64,000 nucleotides of DNA from Deltaproteobacteria bacterium (GTDB lineage Bacteria > Myxococcota_A > Polyangia > Polyangiales > Houyiibacteriaceae): the NCBI GenBank assembly GCA_004283055.1, contig SHLP01000005.1, positions 4,687 through 68,686 on the forward strand, read 5' to 3'. The position numbers were made by a program, and so were the translations under genes. Positions 40,731-50,884 of this stretch are shown one piece after another. The notes under the pieces were generated by a model. It was not told the DNA's origin, searched no databases, and saw nothing but the letters and a program-made list of their open reading frames with translations. Position 1 is the first letter of the stretch. Every line of letters starts with the position of its first letter.

Positions 40731-40734
<4 letters not shown>
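39874..40734 (-). CDS. TadB-like inner-membrane platform protein (T2SS-F domain)
   Basis: T2SSF-type domain (...LDTWLLMLANALKATSSVGEAIASTV...) plus TM helices. GTG at 40734 forms a GTGA overlap with the ATPase stop. Confidence 0.8.
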
Positions 40735-42310
<1,576 letters not shown>

Positions 42311-42314
<4 letters not shown>

Positions 42315-43456
42315 CTCTCTCCTTCAACCGTGGAGGCGGTGGAACGCCCAACGCGAGGCTGATCCAGGAGGTGGTGGTCGTCGACATGACCCCGGAAGCT
42401 CTCGTATACACGAAGCGCCTCTTCGACTCGGTCTCTTTGACTCAAGCTGACTGGCTCGATGACCGAAGGAACCACGAACATGTACGACTGGTCGTCTTCG
42501 ATCTCGCGGGAATGCGTACCGAAGAGCGCGCCGATGAATGGAGCGAGAGCCAAGCCTGGGATTCCGCTTCTCCTTCGCCTCTCGGTGCGTGCGCGAATTC
42601 CAGCTAGGGAAACGGACTGACCCAGCTCGAGATTCACCAAGGTTTCGATGTGTGAAGTGATGCGGCCGGGAATCCCTCTCGCTCCTTTTTCCGAATCTAG
42701 GTCGGACACGTCAGCCACGATTTCAAGCTCGATGCGACCAGTCTTGGAATCGTACGTAGGGAGAACACTGACCTTCGTCCCGAACTCGATGGCCTGCACG
42801 TTCACGGTCAAATTGTTTTGGACTTGAACGTTGAACTCCCCGCCGGAGGTGAACACGGCTTCGGTGCCATTGGCAGTCACCAAGGTGGCTTGACGGTACA
42901 GCTTCGCCCACCCTTTAGCCTGTGCGAGGTCGAAGCTCGGCAGGAACGTCTGCGGCAGAATTTGAAACGCGCTCTGTGTGGCTTGTCCGCTGCCGCCCGT
43001 AATCGCGATGGCGGCCTCGGAAGGCCCGAGGGTGCTACCGATGTTCCCGGGCCAGTTGAGCCCAATTTGGTGCCCATAGCGGTCCTGGATCAGTACGAAA
43101 TACAAGTCCAATCGGATGTTCTCCCGTCCTCCAAATCCCTTTGTCGCATCTGCTGGAATGACTCGAATTGTGTACTGCAGCTGGTTGCCGTCGCTCTTGA
43201 TCAGCAGCAACGAAGTCGCGCCCTCCTGCTTGCCAACCAGCACGAAGCGACTCTGGTCGCGCGTGATTCGGATGTCGGCGAAGCCAGGTGCACCCTCGGA
43301 GTAGCTTTTGATGCCTCGCGCGGACAGGCTCTTCTGCTCACCGACTCGCAGGGTGATCGAACGCTCGGCGTCGAGATCGGCTCTAGCTTCAGCCTCGAGC
43401 GCCCCGGAAACGAGGACAAGCGTTGCGAGCGCGAACCTGTTCGCGAGGATAGTCAT
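42311..43456 (-). CDS. CpaC/RcpA-like outer-membrane secretin
   Basis: Signal peptide MTILANRFALATLVLVSGALEAEA. N-terminal BON/pilus-formation-like domain. Secretin C-domain ending ...RRSGIPGLALAPFIGALFGTHSREIEDDQSYMFVVPSVI. Confidence 0.85.
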
Positions 43457-43457
43457 C

Positions 43458-44219
43458 TTAGTCGACCCTCTCGATCCTCAATCGCCGTTGGCGACGAGCT
43501 CGCTTCTCTTGTTCGAGCACGTCGGAGTCGTCGGTCTCCGGGAGACCTTCATTGATCTCCAGATCGTTTTCGTTGCGGAGGAGGAGACTCAAGCTCGAAT
43601 CACGTCGGGCCTGGGCAAGCAGGCTAGCCTGGTCGATCGTGACCAGAAGCGTGACGGGGTCCGATCGAAGCGAGGAGTCGTGGAGGTCTGCCGCTGCGAA
43701 TCGGGCACCGACGGCGAGAACCAGAATATTCTGCAGAAGGGGGATCGTGACGACGCTTGCCTCCGAGCCTGGCTTTGCCTTGGTGAGCAGGACGTCGACC
43801 CGATCGCCGGGACGTATCAGCGGAGCCAGGTTTCGTCTTCCCGCGGCGTCGATGCTGATCGCCCGCATGCCTTTTGGGATGCGGCTCGACAGCGAGCTCC
43901 GATCGCTTGGAGTAGTCGACAGGTCGGTCCAGAGTAGAGTCTGGTTCGCCTCGAGCGCGATGGATGCGCGGACTCCCAGGACCCGTGGAAGTGCGCTGGC
44001 GAGGACTTGACGTTCCTCGACGTAACTCTCGGGCAAGGCTCTCACGAGCAACATCTCCTCGGTTAGAGGAACACCTGCCGCGACGTTCTGACTCGTAACG
44101 AGCAATGCGATGGGATCACCGCCGGTCGCATCTCGCTGAAACTCCCGCACGTAAGCAAAAAGAAGCACAAAGCCCAGGGCGGCGACGATGGCGGATGCGA
44201 GGAGGGCGGTTCGGTTCAT
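43458..44219 (-). CDS. CpaB/RcpC-like pilus assembly protein
   Basis: N-terminal TM segment, SAF-like domain (...VTSQNVAAGVPLTEEML...) and RcpC-like C-domain (...IRPGDRVDVLLT...LLQNILVLAVG...). Confidence 0.85.
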   Translation of the reverse strand: MNRTALLASAIVAALGFVLLFAYVREFQRDATGGDPIALLVTSQNVAAGVPLTEEMLLVRALPESYVEERQVLASALPRVLGVRASIALEANQTLLWTDLSTTPSDRSSLSSRIPKGMRAISIDAAGRRNLAPLIRPGDRVDVLLTKAKPGSEASVVTIPLLQNILVLAVGARFAAADLHDSSLRSDPVTLLVTIDQASLLAQARRDSSLSLLLRNENDLEINEGLPETDDSDVLEQEKRARRQRRLRIERVD

Positions 44220-44235
44220 GGACGGTGGACCCTGG

Positions 44236-45096
44236 TCACGACGGTTGAGAGATCAGTATGGAGACGACGGTGGCGGAGGCGTCGCTGGAATGGGCGAGAA
44301 CAGTGACGGTGCGATTCGCGCGCTCGGCCGAAATGGTACGGATGCCGTCGATCACGAACGCCTCGGAAGGATGCCGCTCGATGATCGTCCAGCCGTTTGC
44401 CGAGAGCTGAGTTCGGTAGAACGACTCGAGCGCAGCTGCCGACTCCTGCAGCACCCGGTACACGACGAAACCGCTGGGCGACCCCACCTCCCATGCGGAC
44501 AAGAGCCGCTGCGAGCTCTGAGGGCGGGGGACTGATTCGATGTCTTTGCCTGCTGCTTCGGCCCCGTCGAGGGCTAACATTCGAAAGACGGGAAAGGCGG
44601 AATCGGCCCAAACCGTGAGAACGAACGTCCGGTCGCCGGACGTGCCGGACACCCGGCGCGCGCGCGCGTATCGAAGCCCTCCCAGCTCGGTCAGGTTTCC
44701 GGTCTGGGAGAAGCGAACAAACCGACCTGCGAGCGCCCGCAGATTTCGCGGCGCATCGCCCATGTCGAGACACGCAACGTGACCTCCGTCTTTGCCGCGG
44801 TGCGATTGCATGGAGAGCCGCTCGGCGATTCCCGCACCAGCGCCGATGCAGAGCGACTCGTAGTGTCCAAGAACGTCCTCTAGCGGCGCTGCGACTGTTT
44901 GGGTACGAAACGAAATCGGCACGCCGTTCAACTGCAGGACCCGTGCTCTGCCCGGAGGCGTGCCGGGATAACTCATGGATTCAGCTCCCCCGCTCGATAG
45001 GAACCCCGCAACCTCGGCATCGGCCGAGCGCAGCAGGACCGCGGAGCCGAGGGCTCCGAAGGCGAGAAGGAACAGCCCAAGCCGCAGCAGCGGCAT
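44236..45096 (-). CDS. exported protein of unknown function (Tad-like operon)
   Basis: ATG at 45096 gives MPLLRLGLFLLAFGALGSAVLLRSADA, a signal peptide. The track start at 45117 is GTG and would overlap the upstream stop at 45101. I recognise no family. Confidence 0.5.
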   Translation of the reverse strand: MPLLRLGLFLLAFGALGSAVLLRSADAEVAGFLSSGGAESMSYPGTPPGRARVLQLNGVPISFRTQTVAAPLEDVLGHYESLCIGAGAGIAERLSMQSHRGKDGGHVACLDMGDAPRNLRALAGRFVRFSQTGNLTELGGLRYARARRVSGTSGDRTFVLTVWADSAFPVFRMLALDGAEAAGKDIESVPRPQSSQRLLSAWEVGSPSGFVVYRVLQESAAALESFYRTQLSANGWTIIERHPSEAFVIDGIRTISAERANRTVTVLAHSSDASATVVSILISQPS

Positions 45097-45100
45097 CGTT

Positions 45101-45634
45101 CTATCGGCACACTTCACGCGCGTACTCCGTGTTTTGCAGACCCGTGTGGCAGGCGTGCTCCAGGACGTTGCCCGCTCCTCGGGCGGTCCGAGCCGTGGTG
45201 TTGCAGAGCAGGGTCGTCACTCCATGCTGCGAGCCGATCGCGGGGCTCAGCATCGTCGGCATCGAGGATTTAGCTGAGCCCACCCCGTTCGTCGCCTGGC
45301 CCAGAAAGAAGCGGCCGAGGTTTCCGAGAAAGGAATCCAAGGACAGGCGGCCGTCGCGCACTGTGAGCAGGTCATCGAGACCACCGGCGCGAAGCTCGCC
45401 TTCGATGCGACCGCACTCCCCGCTTCGACAGCTTTGCGTGGGACATTCGCCCGAGTCGGCCTGCAGCCACGCCATTCGCCTGGCGCGAGACTTCGCTTCT
45501 AGCTTTGCTCCGTACATCCCATTGAGGCCGATCACCCCTGCCAAACAGGCTACAAACACCGGGAGACTAATCAGGGCTTCCAGCATCGCGGTTCCGCTTT
45601 CGTCGCTCAGCAATTGTCGAATGGATGCACCCAT
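45101..45634 (-). CDS. TadE-like pseudopilin
   Basis: ATG at 45634 gives MGASIRQLLSDESGTAMLEALISLPVFVACLAGV, a TadE N-terminal motif followed by a hydrophobic helix. The track start at 45868 would overlap the upstream gene by more than 200 nt. Confidence 0.65.
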   Translation of the reverse strand: MGASIRQLLSDESGTAMLEALISLPVFVACLAGVIGLNGMYGAKLEAKSRARRMAWLQADSGECPTQSCRSGECGRIEGELRAGGLDDLLTVRDGRLSLDSFLGNLGRFFLGQATNGVGSAKSSMPTMLSPAIGSQHGVTTLLCNTTARTARGAGNVLEHACHTGLQNTEYAREVCR

Positions 45635-45641
45635 GATGTCC

Positions 45642-46850
45642 TCAGTGGGCAGAGACCGCGTTGATGGAAAAATCACGGGCAACGTCACAAATACCCGAGA
45701 GCCCTTCGAGCGACCCCCGCCCTCTCGCGGCCGAACAAGCGCTGAGAATTCCGCTGGGGATCCAACTCCGCGAAATTCGAAACCTCCGAAGCCGTGCGCG
45801 CCACCTCTGTTTCCAGAGCCATTCGGCTTTGTGCTCAGTGCCGTCGAAATAGTACTCGGCCTGAGCAAACGCGAGGCGTCCTACGACGTGCGCCTCGTGG
45901 ATGGAGCTCCGTCCGTCTGTCCCACCGCCCTGTGCGATTCGAACGCCCCGCTCGCCGTTTCGCCAATGACTCCGATGGGGGTCGTGGCCGATGGCGTACG
46001 CCCGGTATTGGAATTCCTCGTGCCCAAGCCATACGGGAGTTTCATCACCTCGGGTTTCAATCACGCGGCGAGGTGACTCGACTACGTCGTCTGCACACGT
46101 TCGTCGTTTTCCAAGTCGAAGTGCCTGGCCGACTACGCCCCCGAGAAACCTGAGAAGCCAACGGGGAACCCTCGATCTCACATTCCTCAGCCTGTTGCTC
46201 AGCCCATCGGCGACTCGATCGCAGACGACGCCGAGCTCGTCCTCCTCGACGGGAAGCCCCCGACCGCCGCCCGGAAGACGCGAACCGAGAAGCGGGACGA
46301 CAAAGCCCCCCGAAACCGGGGGGTCGTAGGCAGCCTGAAAAGCCATCGCATCGACCGCCCGCGCTTCGGCAAGCAGCGGGTACGTATGCTGAACCACCTT
46401 GTGAGCGGCATTCAACGCGTGATGAGCCGTCCGAACGAACTGCTCGACCGCGTCGCCGACCCTTTCTACCGTACTCTCGACGGGGCTGAGCGCGGCGATG
46501 AGCGCGGACGCCTTCGCCGCCAGGAGGACTGTCGCGACCAAGCCGTACAGAATCCCGAGAGTGATCTCGAGCAGCACCTCGACGCTGCGAATGACGAGCA
46601 GGATGCCGGCGGTTACGGCCATCACCACATTGAGTAAGACATGAAGGTTCATCCCCTTCGCGCCCATCACTGATGCCGCGTACGCACCGGCATCGGCGCC
46701 GTCTTGCATGATGCGCCGGTACACGACGGCGTCGCCTACGCCGAGGATGTAGTAGAGAGCCCCTATGAGAAGGAGCGCCATGAAGAGGGACATCAGCATC
46801 ATGGCGCCTCGCGTATCGTCCAGAAGGCGGGCTCGATTCAAATGCCTCAT
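45642..46850 (-). CDS. TadG-like pilus assembly protein
   Basis: N-terminus ...DDTRGAMMLMSLFMALLLIGALYYILGVGDAV matches the TadE/G-like N-terminal motif. About 400 aa. ATGA overlap with the upstream gene at 46847-46850. Confidence 0.65.
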   Translation of the reverse strand: MRHLNRARLLDDTRGAMMLMSLFMALLLIGALYYILGVGDAVVYRRIMQDGADAGAYAASVMGAKGMNLHVLLNVVMAVTAGILLVIRSVEVLLEITLGILYGLVATVLLAAKASALIAALSPVESTVERVGDAVEQFVRTAHHALNAAHKVVQHTYPLLAEARAVDAMAFQAAYDPPVSGGFVVPLLGSRLPGGGRGLPVEEDELGVVCDRVADGLSNRLRNVRSRVPRWLLRFLGGVVGQALRLGKRRTCADDVVESPRRVIETRGDETPVWLGHEEFQYRAYAIGHDPHRSHWRNGERGVRIAQGGGTDGRSSIHEAHVVGRLAFAQAEYYFDGTEHKAEWLWKQRWRARLRRFRISRSWIPSGILSACSAARGRGSLEGLSGICDVARDFSINAVSAH

Positions 46851-47638
46851 GAACGCCTCGGACGATACTCGTAGGGTGCGTCATGGATGAGCAGCGTGGT
46901 TTCGTGCTGTAGACCCCGAAATCGACCCCCGACGATAGACTGCGCCAGCGGGAAGAACGCTCCGCCGATCTCTTCTCGAGCCGCGAGGTCCGCGAACGAG
47001 CGACAAAGAATTTTTCGCGCAAGGGGCACCGTGCACTGAAAGGCATAGGTCACCCTCACGGTGATCTCTGGCTGGTCGGCTACGCTTCCCTGAAGCCCCG
47101 GAAACGTCACCGCTAGGGCAAACGGCTGATAGTACAGCGCAGATAAGAGCCTACGCTGAGTTCCGATTGCCTTGGCAATACTGGGCTGCGAATCGCGACC
47201 GACATTTTCAGGTGCTAGAGGCATCAGCGGCACGTGTGCGGCCAGCCGAATCGTGTTGAGGCGCGACCTTCCAAGGTTCACCAAGGCCGCCGAGGAAAAG
47301 GCGCGGGATAGACCTGCTCCGCTCGCGCCGACCTGTGCGGCAGAACCGATTTGCTCGAGCGCGAGACCGAGATCGGCCGCCGTCACGGCGTTGCGGGCCA
47401 CGCTCATTTTCGCTTCGCCGCCGTACTCGTTGGGGTCGTCAGGCAGGACGACTGCGGCCGATCGCGCGGCTGAGTCAGCCGAGTGCTTCACGATGAGGTC
47501 CGCATGGGCAATGAAGGCGAGCTGGAGGATGCATAGGAAGAACGACCACATCGGAACGAATGCGATGAGGAGCTCGAGGAAGACGACGCCGCGCTTGTCA
47601 GCAAATAGGGAGCCAGAACTTGACGAGACCACCGTCAC
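46847..47638 (-). CDS. TadE/TadF-like pseudopilin
   Basis: ...DKRGVVFLELLIAFVPMWSFFLCIL is a TadE-like N-terminal motif. GTG at 47638 forms a GTGA overlap with the peptidase stop; the alternative GTG at 47650 is the track start. Confidence 0.65.
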   Translation of the reverse strand: MTVVSSSSGSLFADKRGVVFLELLIAFVPMWSFFLCILQLAFIAHADLIVKHSADSAARSAAVVLPDDPNEYGGEAKMSVARNAVTAADLGLALEQIGSAAQVGASGAGLSRAFSSAALVNLGRSRLNTIRLAAHVPLMPLAPENVGRDSQPSIAKAIGTQRRLLSALYYQPFALAVTFPGLQGSVADQPEITVRVTYAFQCTVPLARKILCRSFADLAAREEIGGAFFPLAQSIVGGRFRGLQHETTLLIHDAPYEYRPRRS

Positions 47639-48180
47639 AGACCCGCCCACCCAAACAGGAGATGCGGCGCGGTGAGGATCCCGGTCGCGGCGAAGACCGG
47701 AGCGCCCATGCGAATGGGCGCAACTAGCTCATCGCACGGGTCGCGACGCCAACGTTGCGGAAGCACGGGGCCCAACGCGACCGCCCAGGCGTTCCCTAGA
47801 GTTCTGGTTAACGCCCCTTTCCATGCCAGCGAGGCACTGGTGACGATCAAGGCTGCCACGAGTGCCGCGAGCTGGATTTCGACGCCGAGCAGCAGGTCGA
47901 AGCCCATCACCGCACCAAGTGCGCCAAAGAGCTTGACGTCGCCGCCCCCCATCGCGCCGCGGCGAAAGAGCAGGTACGGGACCAAGCCGGCCAAGAATGC
48001 AGCCGCGAGGCTGTGAAGTGCGTATTCGACGCCGAACGCGAGTCCGTAGCTCGCCGGCGCCAGCAGTAGGGCCGGAAGCGTCAGCCAATTCGGGATTTCA
48101 CCTCGTCGCCAATCCCAAAACGCGGCTGTTGCGGCGACAAACAAAGCGAGGCTCGCAGCGATGGTTACGCCGGTCTCCAT
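47635..48180 (-). CDS. A24-family prepilin peptidase (CpaA/TadV-like)
   Basis: ATG at 48180 (METGVTIAASLALFVAATAAFWDWRRGEIPN...). Both catalytic Asp contexts are present (DWRRGEIPN and GGGDVKL). The upstream 194 codons of the track ORF 47635..48762 read through flp in another frame and are rejected. Confidence 0.85.
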   Translation of the reverse strand: METGVTIAASLALFVAATAAFWDWRRGEIPNWLTLPALLLAPASYGLAFGVEYALHSLAAAFLAGLVPYLLFRRGAMGGGDVKLFGALGAVMGFDLLLGVEIQLAALVAALIVTSASLAWKGALTRTLGNAWAVALGPVLPQRWRRDPCDELVAPIRMGAPVFAATGILTAPHLLFGWAGL

Positions 48181-48191
48181 CCCACATTCCT

Positions 48192-48377
48192 CTACTGCAC
48201 GACGTCCGCGATGTATCCGTCGGCTGCTTCGACCTCGCCGATTAAGGTCTCGCCAAATTGCTGCCAAGCCGCGATGCCGACAACGGCGATCAAACCGAGC
48301 ACGATGATGTACTCGACTGTGGTCAGTCCCCGCTTGTCCGATAGCAACGTTTTCTCGATTTCTGCTTTGTCTTTCAT
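48192..48377 (-). CDS. flp: Flp/Fap-family type IVb prepilin
   Basis: MKDKAEIEKTLLSDKRG|LTTVEYIIVLGLIAVVGIAAW carries the G-X4-EY Flp processing motif followed by a hydrophobic helix. GAGAGGAAGG Shine-Dalgarno upstream. Confidence 0.85.
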   Translation of the reverse strand: MKDKAEIEKTLLSDKRGLTTVEYIIVLGLIAVVGIAAWQQFGETLIGEVEAADGYIADVVQ

Positions 48378-48392
48378 GACTGCCTTCCTCTC

Positions 48393-48527
48393 TCAGGGCA
48401 CCGGCAAAAGGATGAAGAGTTTCGTGATATAAAAAGCCTGGACGAGGGGTACGCCGAGGCCGTAGAGCGCGAGGCCGACCGCCAGAACGACGACCCCTGT
48501 GAGCAACGCGTATTCGGCGAACACCAT
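48393..48527 (-). CDS. candidate 44-aa leaderless Flp-like hydrophobic peptide (not in ORF track)
   Basis: Hand translation: MVFAEYALLTGVVVLAVGLALYGLGVPLVQAFYITKLFILLPVP. ATG is cat at 48525-48527, with an in-frame TGA 9 nt upstream; the stop is tca at 48393-48395, 15 nt before the flp ATG. About 35 of 44 codons end in G/C. There is no clear Shine-Dalgarno. Confidence 0.35.
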   Translation of the reverse strand: MVFAEYALLTGVVVLAVGLALYGLGVPLVQAFYITKLFILLPVP

Positions 48528-48604
48528 GACCGCTCATCGGACGGGGGCGGTGGATGTTGTGTCGAAACTCCTTCGCCCGTTCAGAACGCGGCCGGCCAAC
48601 GAAA

Positions 48605-48620
48605 TGGCACGCGACCCGCT
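48605..48620 (+). promoter_or_regulatory. candidate sigma-54 promoter (TGGCACG-N6-CGCT)
   Basis: TGGCACGCGACCCGCT has an exact -24 element (TGGCACG) and the conserved GC at the canonical GG-N10-GC spacing. The -12 element is CCGC rather than TTGC. It lies about 105 nt upstream of the SRPBCC ATG at 48726. Confidence 0.25.
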
Positions 48621-48725
48621 CCGGTTTTGCCGGACTTGGTTCAAGACTCGAATAAAGAATTGCGTATGGACGGTTGTGGCGGCCGCGCCTATACAAAGCT
48701 TCTTTCCAGCGAGCGACCCGTACCC

Positions 48726-49154
48726 ATGGCCTCCTTGAGCAAGAACGCAGTGATTCATGCACCGCCGGACCCCGTGTTCGCGTACGTCAGCGATCCTTCC
48801 AAGTTCCCCGAGTGGCTTCCGAGCATGGTCGAGGTTCGAAATGTCCTCGGTGCGGGCGCCGGGCAACAGTACGAGTGGACCTACAAAATGGCCGGAATGC
48901 TTCTTCGGGGGCAGAGCACCGTAGTCGAATACACCCCGAATCAACGCGTCGTGCTTCAGAGCATCGGCTCGATTGGCAGCGATTGGACCTTCACCGTCGA
49001 GCCGCACGAAGCAGGGGCGCTTCTGCGTATCGAGGTCGAATACAGCGTCCCCGTCCCGGTCTTAGGCAGGCTGGCCGAAAGGCTCGCGCTGAGCCGAGAC
49101 GCTCGTGAGTTCGCGGTCGGGTTTGACAATCTCAAAGAGGCTCTAGAGGGCTAG
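48726..49154 (+). CDS. SRPBCC-superfamily protein (copy 1 of tandem pair)
   Basis: MASLSKNAVIHAPPDPVFAYVSDPSKFPEWLPSMVEVRNV...QQYEWTYKMAGMLL... has a polyketide-cyclase/START-like fold pattern. ATG at 48726. Confidence 0.7.
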   Translation: MASLSKNAVIHAPPDPVFAYVSDPSKFPEWLPSMVEVRNVLGAGAGQQYEWTYKMAGMLLRGQSTVVEYTPNQRVVLQSIGSIGSDWTFTVEPHEAGALLRIEVEYSVPVPVLGRLAERLALSRDAREFAVGFDNLKEALEG

Positions 49155-49174
49155 CCGAGGAGGAGCTCGCGCGA

Positions 49175-49603
49175 GTGCCTAGTTGGAAGAACAGCATCGT
49201 GATTCAAGCGCCGCCGGACCGCGTGTTCGCCTACGTCAGCGATCCTTCCAATTTCCCTGAGTGGATCCCGAGCATGGTGGAGATTCGGGACGTGATCGGG
49301 ACAGGCGCCGGGCAGCAGTACGAGTGGACCTACAAAATGGCTGGGATTCTGCTGCATGGGGAGGGCGTCGTCGTTGAGCACGTTCCCCAGGAGCGCTCGG
49401 TGCATCAGAACATCGGCATGATCGAAGCACACGTCGCATTCAGCGTCGAGCCCCACGAGGAGGGAGCGGCGCTGACCCTCGGGGTCGACTACGGCATTCC
49501 GATTCCCGTGCTCGGCAGGCTGGCAGAACGCATCGTGACGAGGCGGAACGAGCGGGAGTTCCAGCTGGCGCTCGACAACGCCAAAGAGCTGTTCGAAGCC
49601 TGA
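49175..49603 (+). CDS. SRPBCC-superfamily protein (copy 2 of tandem pair)
   Basis: GTG start at 49175 with GAGGAGGAG 9-10 nt upstream. Collinear with copy 1 (IQAPPDRVFAYVSDPSNFPEWIPSMVEIRDV...QQYEWTYKMAGILL...PVLGRLAER...). Confidence 0.7.
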   Translation: MPSWKNSIVIQAPPDRVFAYVSDPSNFPEWIPSMVEIRDVIGTGAGQQYEWTYKMAGILLHGEGVVVEHVPQERSVHQNIGMIEAHVAFSVEPHEEGAALTLGVDYGIPIPVLGRLAERIVTRRNEREFQLALDNAKELFEA

Positions 49604-49608
49604 CGGCG

Positions 49609-50862
49609 TCAATCCCTCGCACGAACCTGCACCGTCGTCGGGCGGTCTTCGGGCATCGGGAGGATGGCGTTCCAACCGGGCGGCAGAACGGGCTGGCTGA
49701 ACTGAAAGAGGTAGCGGGCGTCTGCGGGCGAGAGGTTGATGCAGCCGTGGCTTCGGCGGCGGCCGAAGTCGTTGTGCCAGAACGCGGCGTGAAAGCCGTA
49801 GCTGCCTTTGAAGAACTGCACCCAGGGGACATCTTGAATCGAGTAGTTCTTGTCGACGTCGGTGCGCTCGATGTCATCCATGTCGGAGTACTCGAGCTTG
49901 GCCCAGATCTGAAACACACCGAGCGGGGTCTCGGATTGCTTGCTGTTGCGGCCGGTCGAAACCAGGGTCGCGAAGGTGGGCTGCCGGCCTTCGTAGGCGA
50001 CGAGAACTTGCTCGTCGATGTCGATGTCGATCCATCGGTCGGTTGCGCCAACGCCTTCGGGGGGTTCGACGAGGCCGGCGCGCGCGAGGTCGGCGTTGCG
50101 CATCCACCCTCCCCCGGCGAGTTGGCTCCACGCCCCTCTGCTCGATTCGATGCGAACGGCTTGGTGGCGGTCGAGGCGTTTGAGAGCTCGGCCGTTGGGC
50201 GTCGCGTGTAGCTTGGCGGGCCTCGGTGAAACCCATGCGACGTCGAGCAGCTCACCGTGGCGGAGCTTCTCGCCGGTGAACGGGCTCCCATCGACGAAGT
50301 GAACCGAGCCGCGCTCGATCCAAAGGTAGCGGCGCGTGCGAATGAACTCCACGCCCTCGTAGACCTGCTTGCCGGTAATCACGATGCCATAGCCCTTGCC
50401 GAGCGCCTCGCTGTAGTCGTTGCGGAAGTAGTCGCTCGGGTGCGCGTACGCGCGAGTCCCGTCGAAGCGGACGAAGGCGTAGCGCTGGGGCAGGCGCGCG
50501 CCGGGGCCGGTGAGCTCGTCGCGCGTGGCGCCCGGGGGCAAGCCCGACGGCTGCACGTGCCCTTCGCAGATGAAGAGCTCGTCGCTGGTTTCATACCAGA
50601 CTCCGGTCGAGCAACCTTCACCGAAGACCCTGCGCGTGAAGCCGAGACGCGTGCCGGCGCCGACGGTGCCGCGGCGCCGTGAGCTGGAGTCGGCCTCGAG
50701 CATCACCGGGGCGCCGTCGTTCACGACTTCAATCGACTTGGCCCAAGGAGGCGCCGGGGCCGCGGATGAGCCGACGGCTGCATCGGCGGCCACCCCCTGA
50801 GGCCAGCCGACGGCTAGCGCTGTGATGAACAGAACTGCGGCCCCAACCATGGCCTTCATCAT
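49609..50862 (-). CDS. L,D-transpeptidase (YkuD domain) with N-terminal extension, secreted
   Basis: C-terminal YkuD catalytic motif ...FHAAFWHNDFGRRRSHGCINLSPADA.... ATG ATG at 50862/50859 gives the signal peptide MMKAMVGAAVLFITALAVG. The track start at 51180 would overlap the upstream gene. Confidence 0.8.
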   Translation of the reverse strand: MMKAMVGAAVLFITALAVGWPQGVAADAAVGSSAAPAPPWAKSIEVVNDGAPVMLEADSSSRRRGTVGAGTRLGFTRRVFGEGCSTGVWYETSDELFICEGHVQPSGLPPGATRDELTGPGARLPQRYAFVRFDGTRAYAHPSDYFRNDYSEALGKGYGIVITGKQVYEGVEFIRTRRYLWIERGSVHFVDGSPFTGEKLRHGELLDVAWVSPRPAKLHATPNGRALKRLDRHQAVRIESSRGAWSQLAGGGWMRNADLARAGLVEPPEGVGATDRWIDIDIDEQVLVAYEGRQPTFATLVSTGRNSKQSETPLGVFQIWAKLEYSDMDDIERTDVDKNYSIQDVPWVQFFKGSYGFHAAFWHNDFGRRRSHGCINLSPADARYLFQFSQPVLPPGWNAILPMPEDRPTTVQVRARD

Positions 50863-50884
50863 AGGCGGGAGCAGCGCCGATCGC

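Noticed and set aside
48638-48646. GGTTCAAGA, reminiscent of a tRNA T-loop, in the 198-nt intergenic region
   Set aside because: The flanks form only a 4-bp CTTG/CAAG palindrome. No acceptor, D or anticodon arms can be drawn, so this is not a tRNA.
48181-48762. Upstream extension of the prepilin-peptidase ORF (track ORF 47635..48762)
   Set aside because: The extension reads through flp and the micro-ORF in a different frame and encodes an R-rich sequence. The peptidase fold starts at METGV (ATG at 48180).
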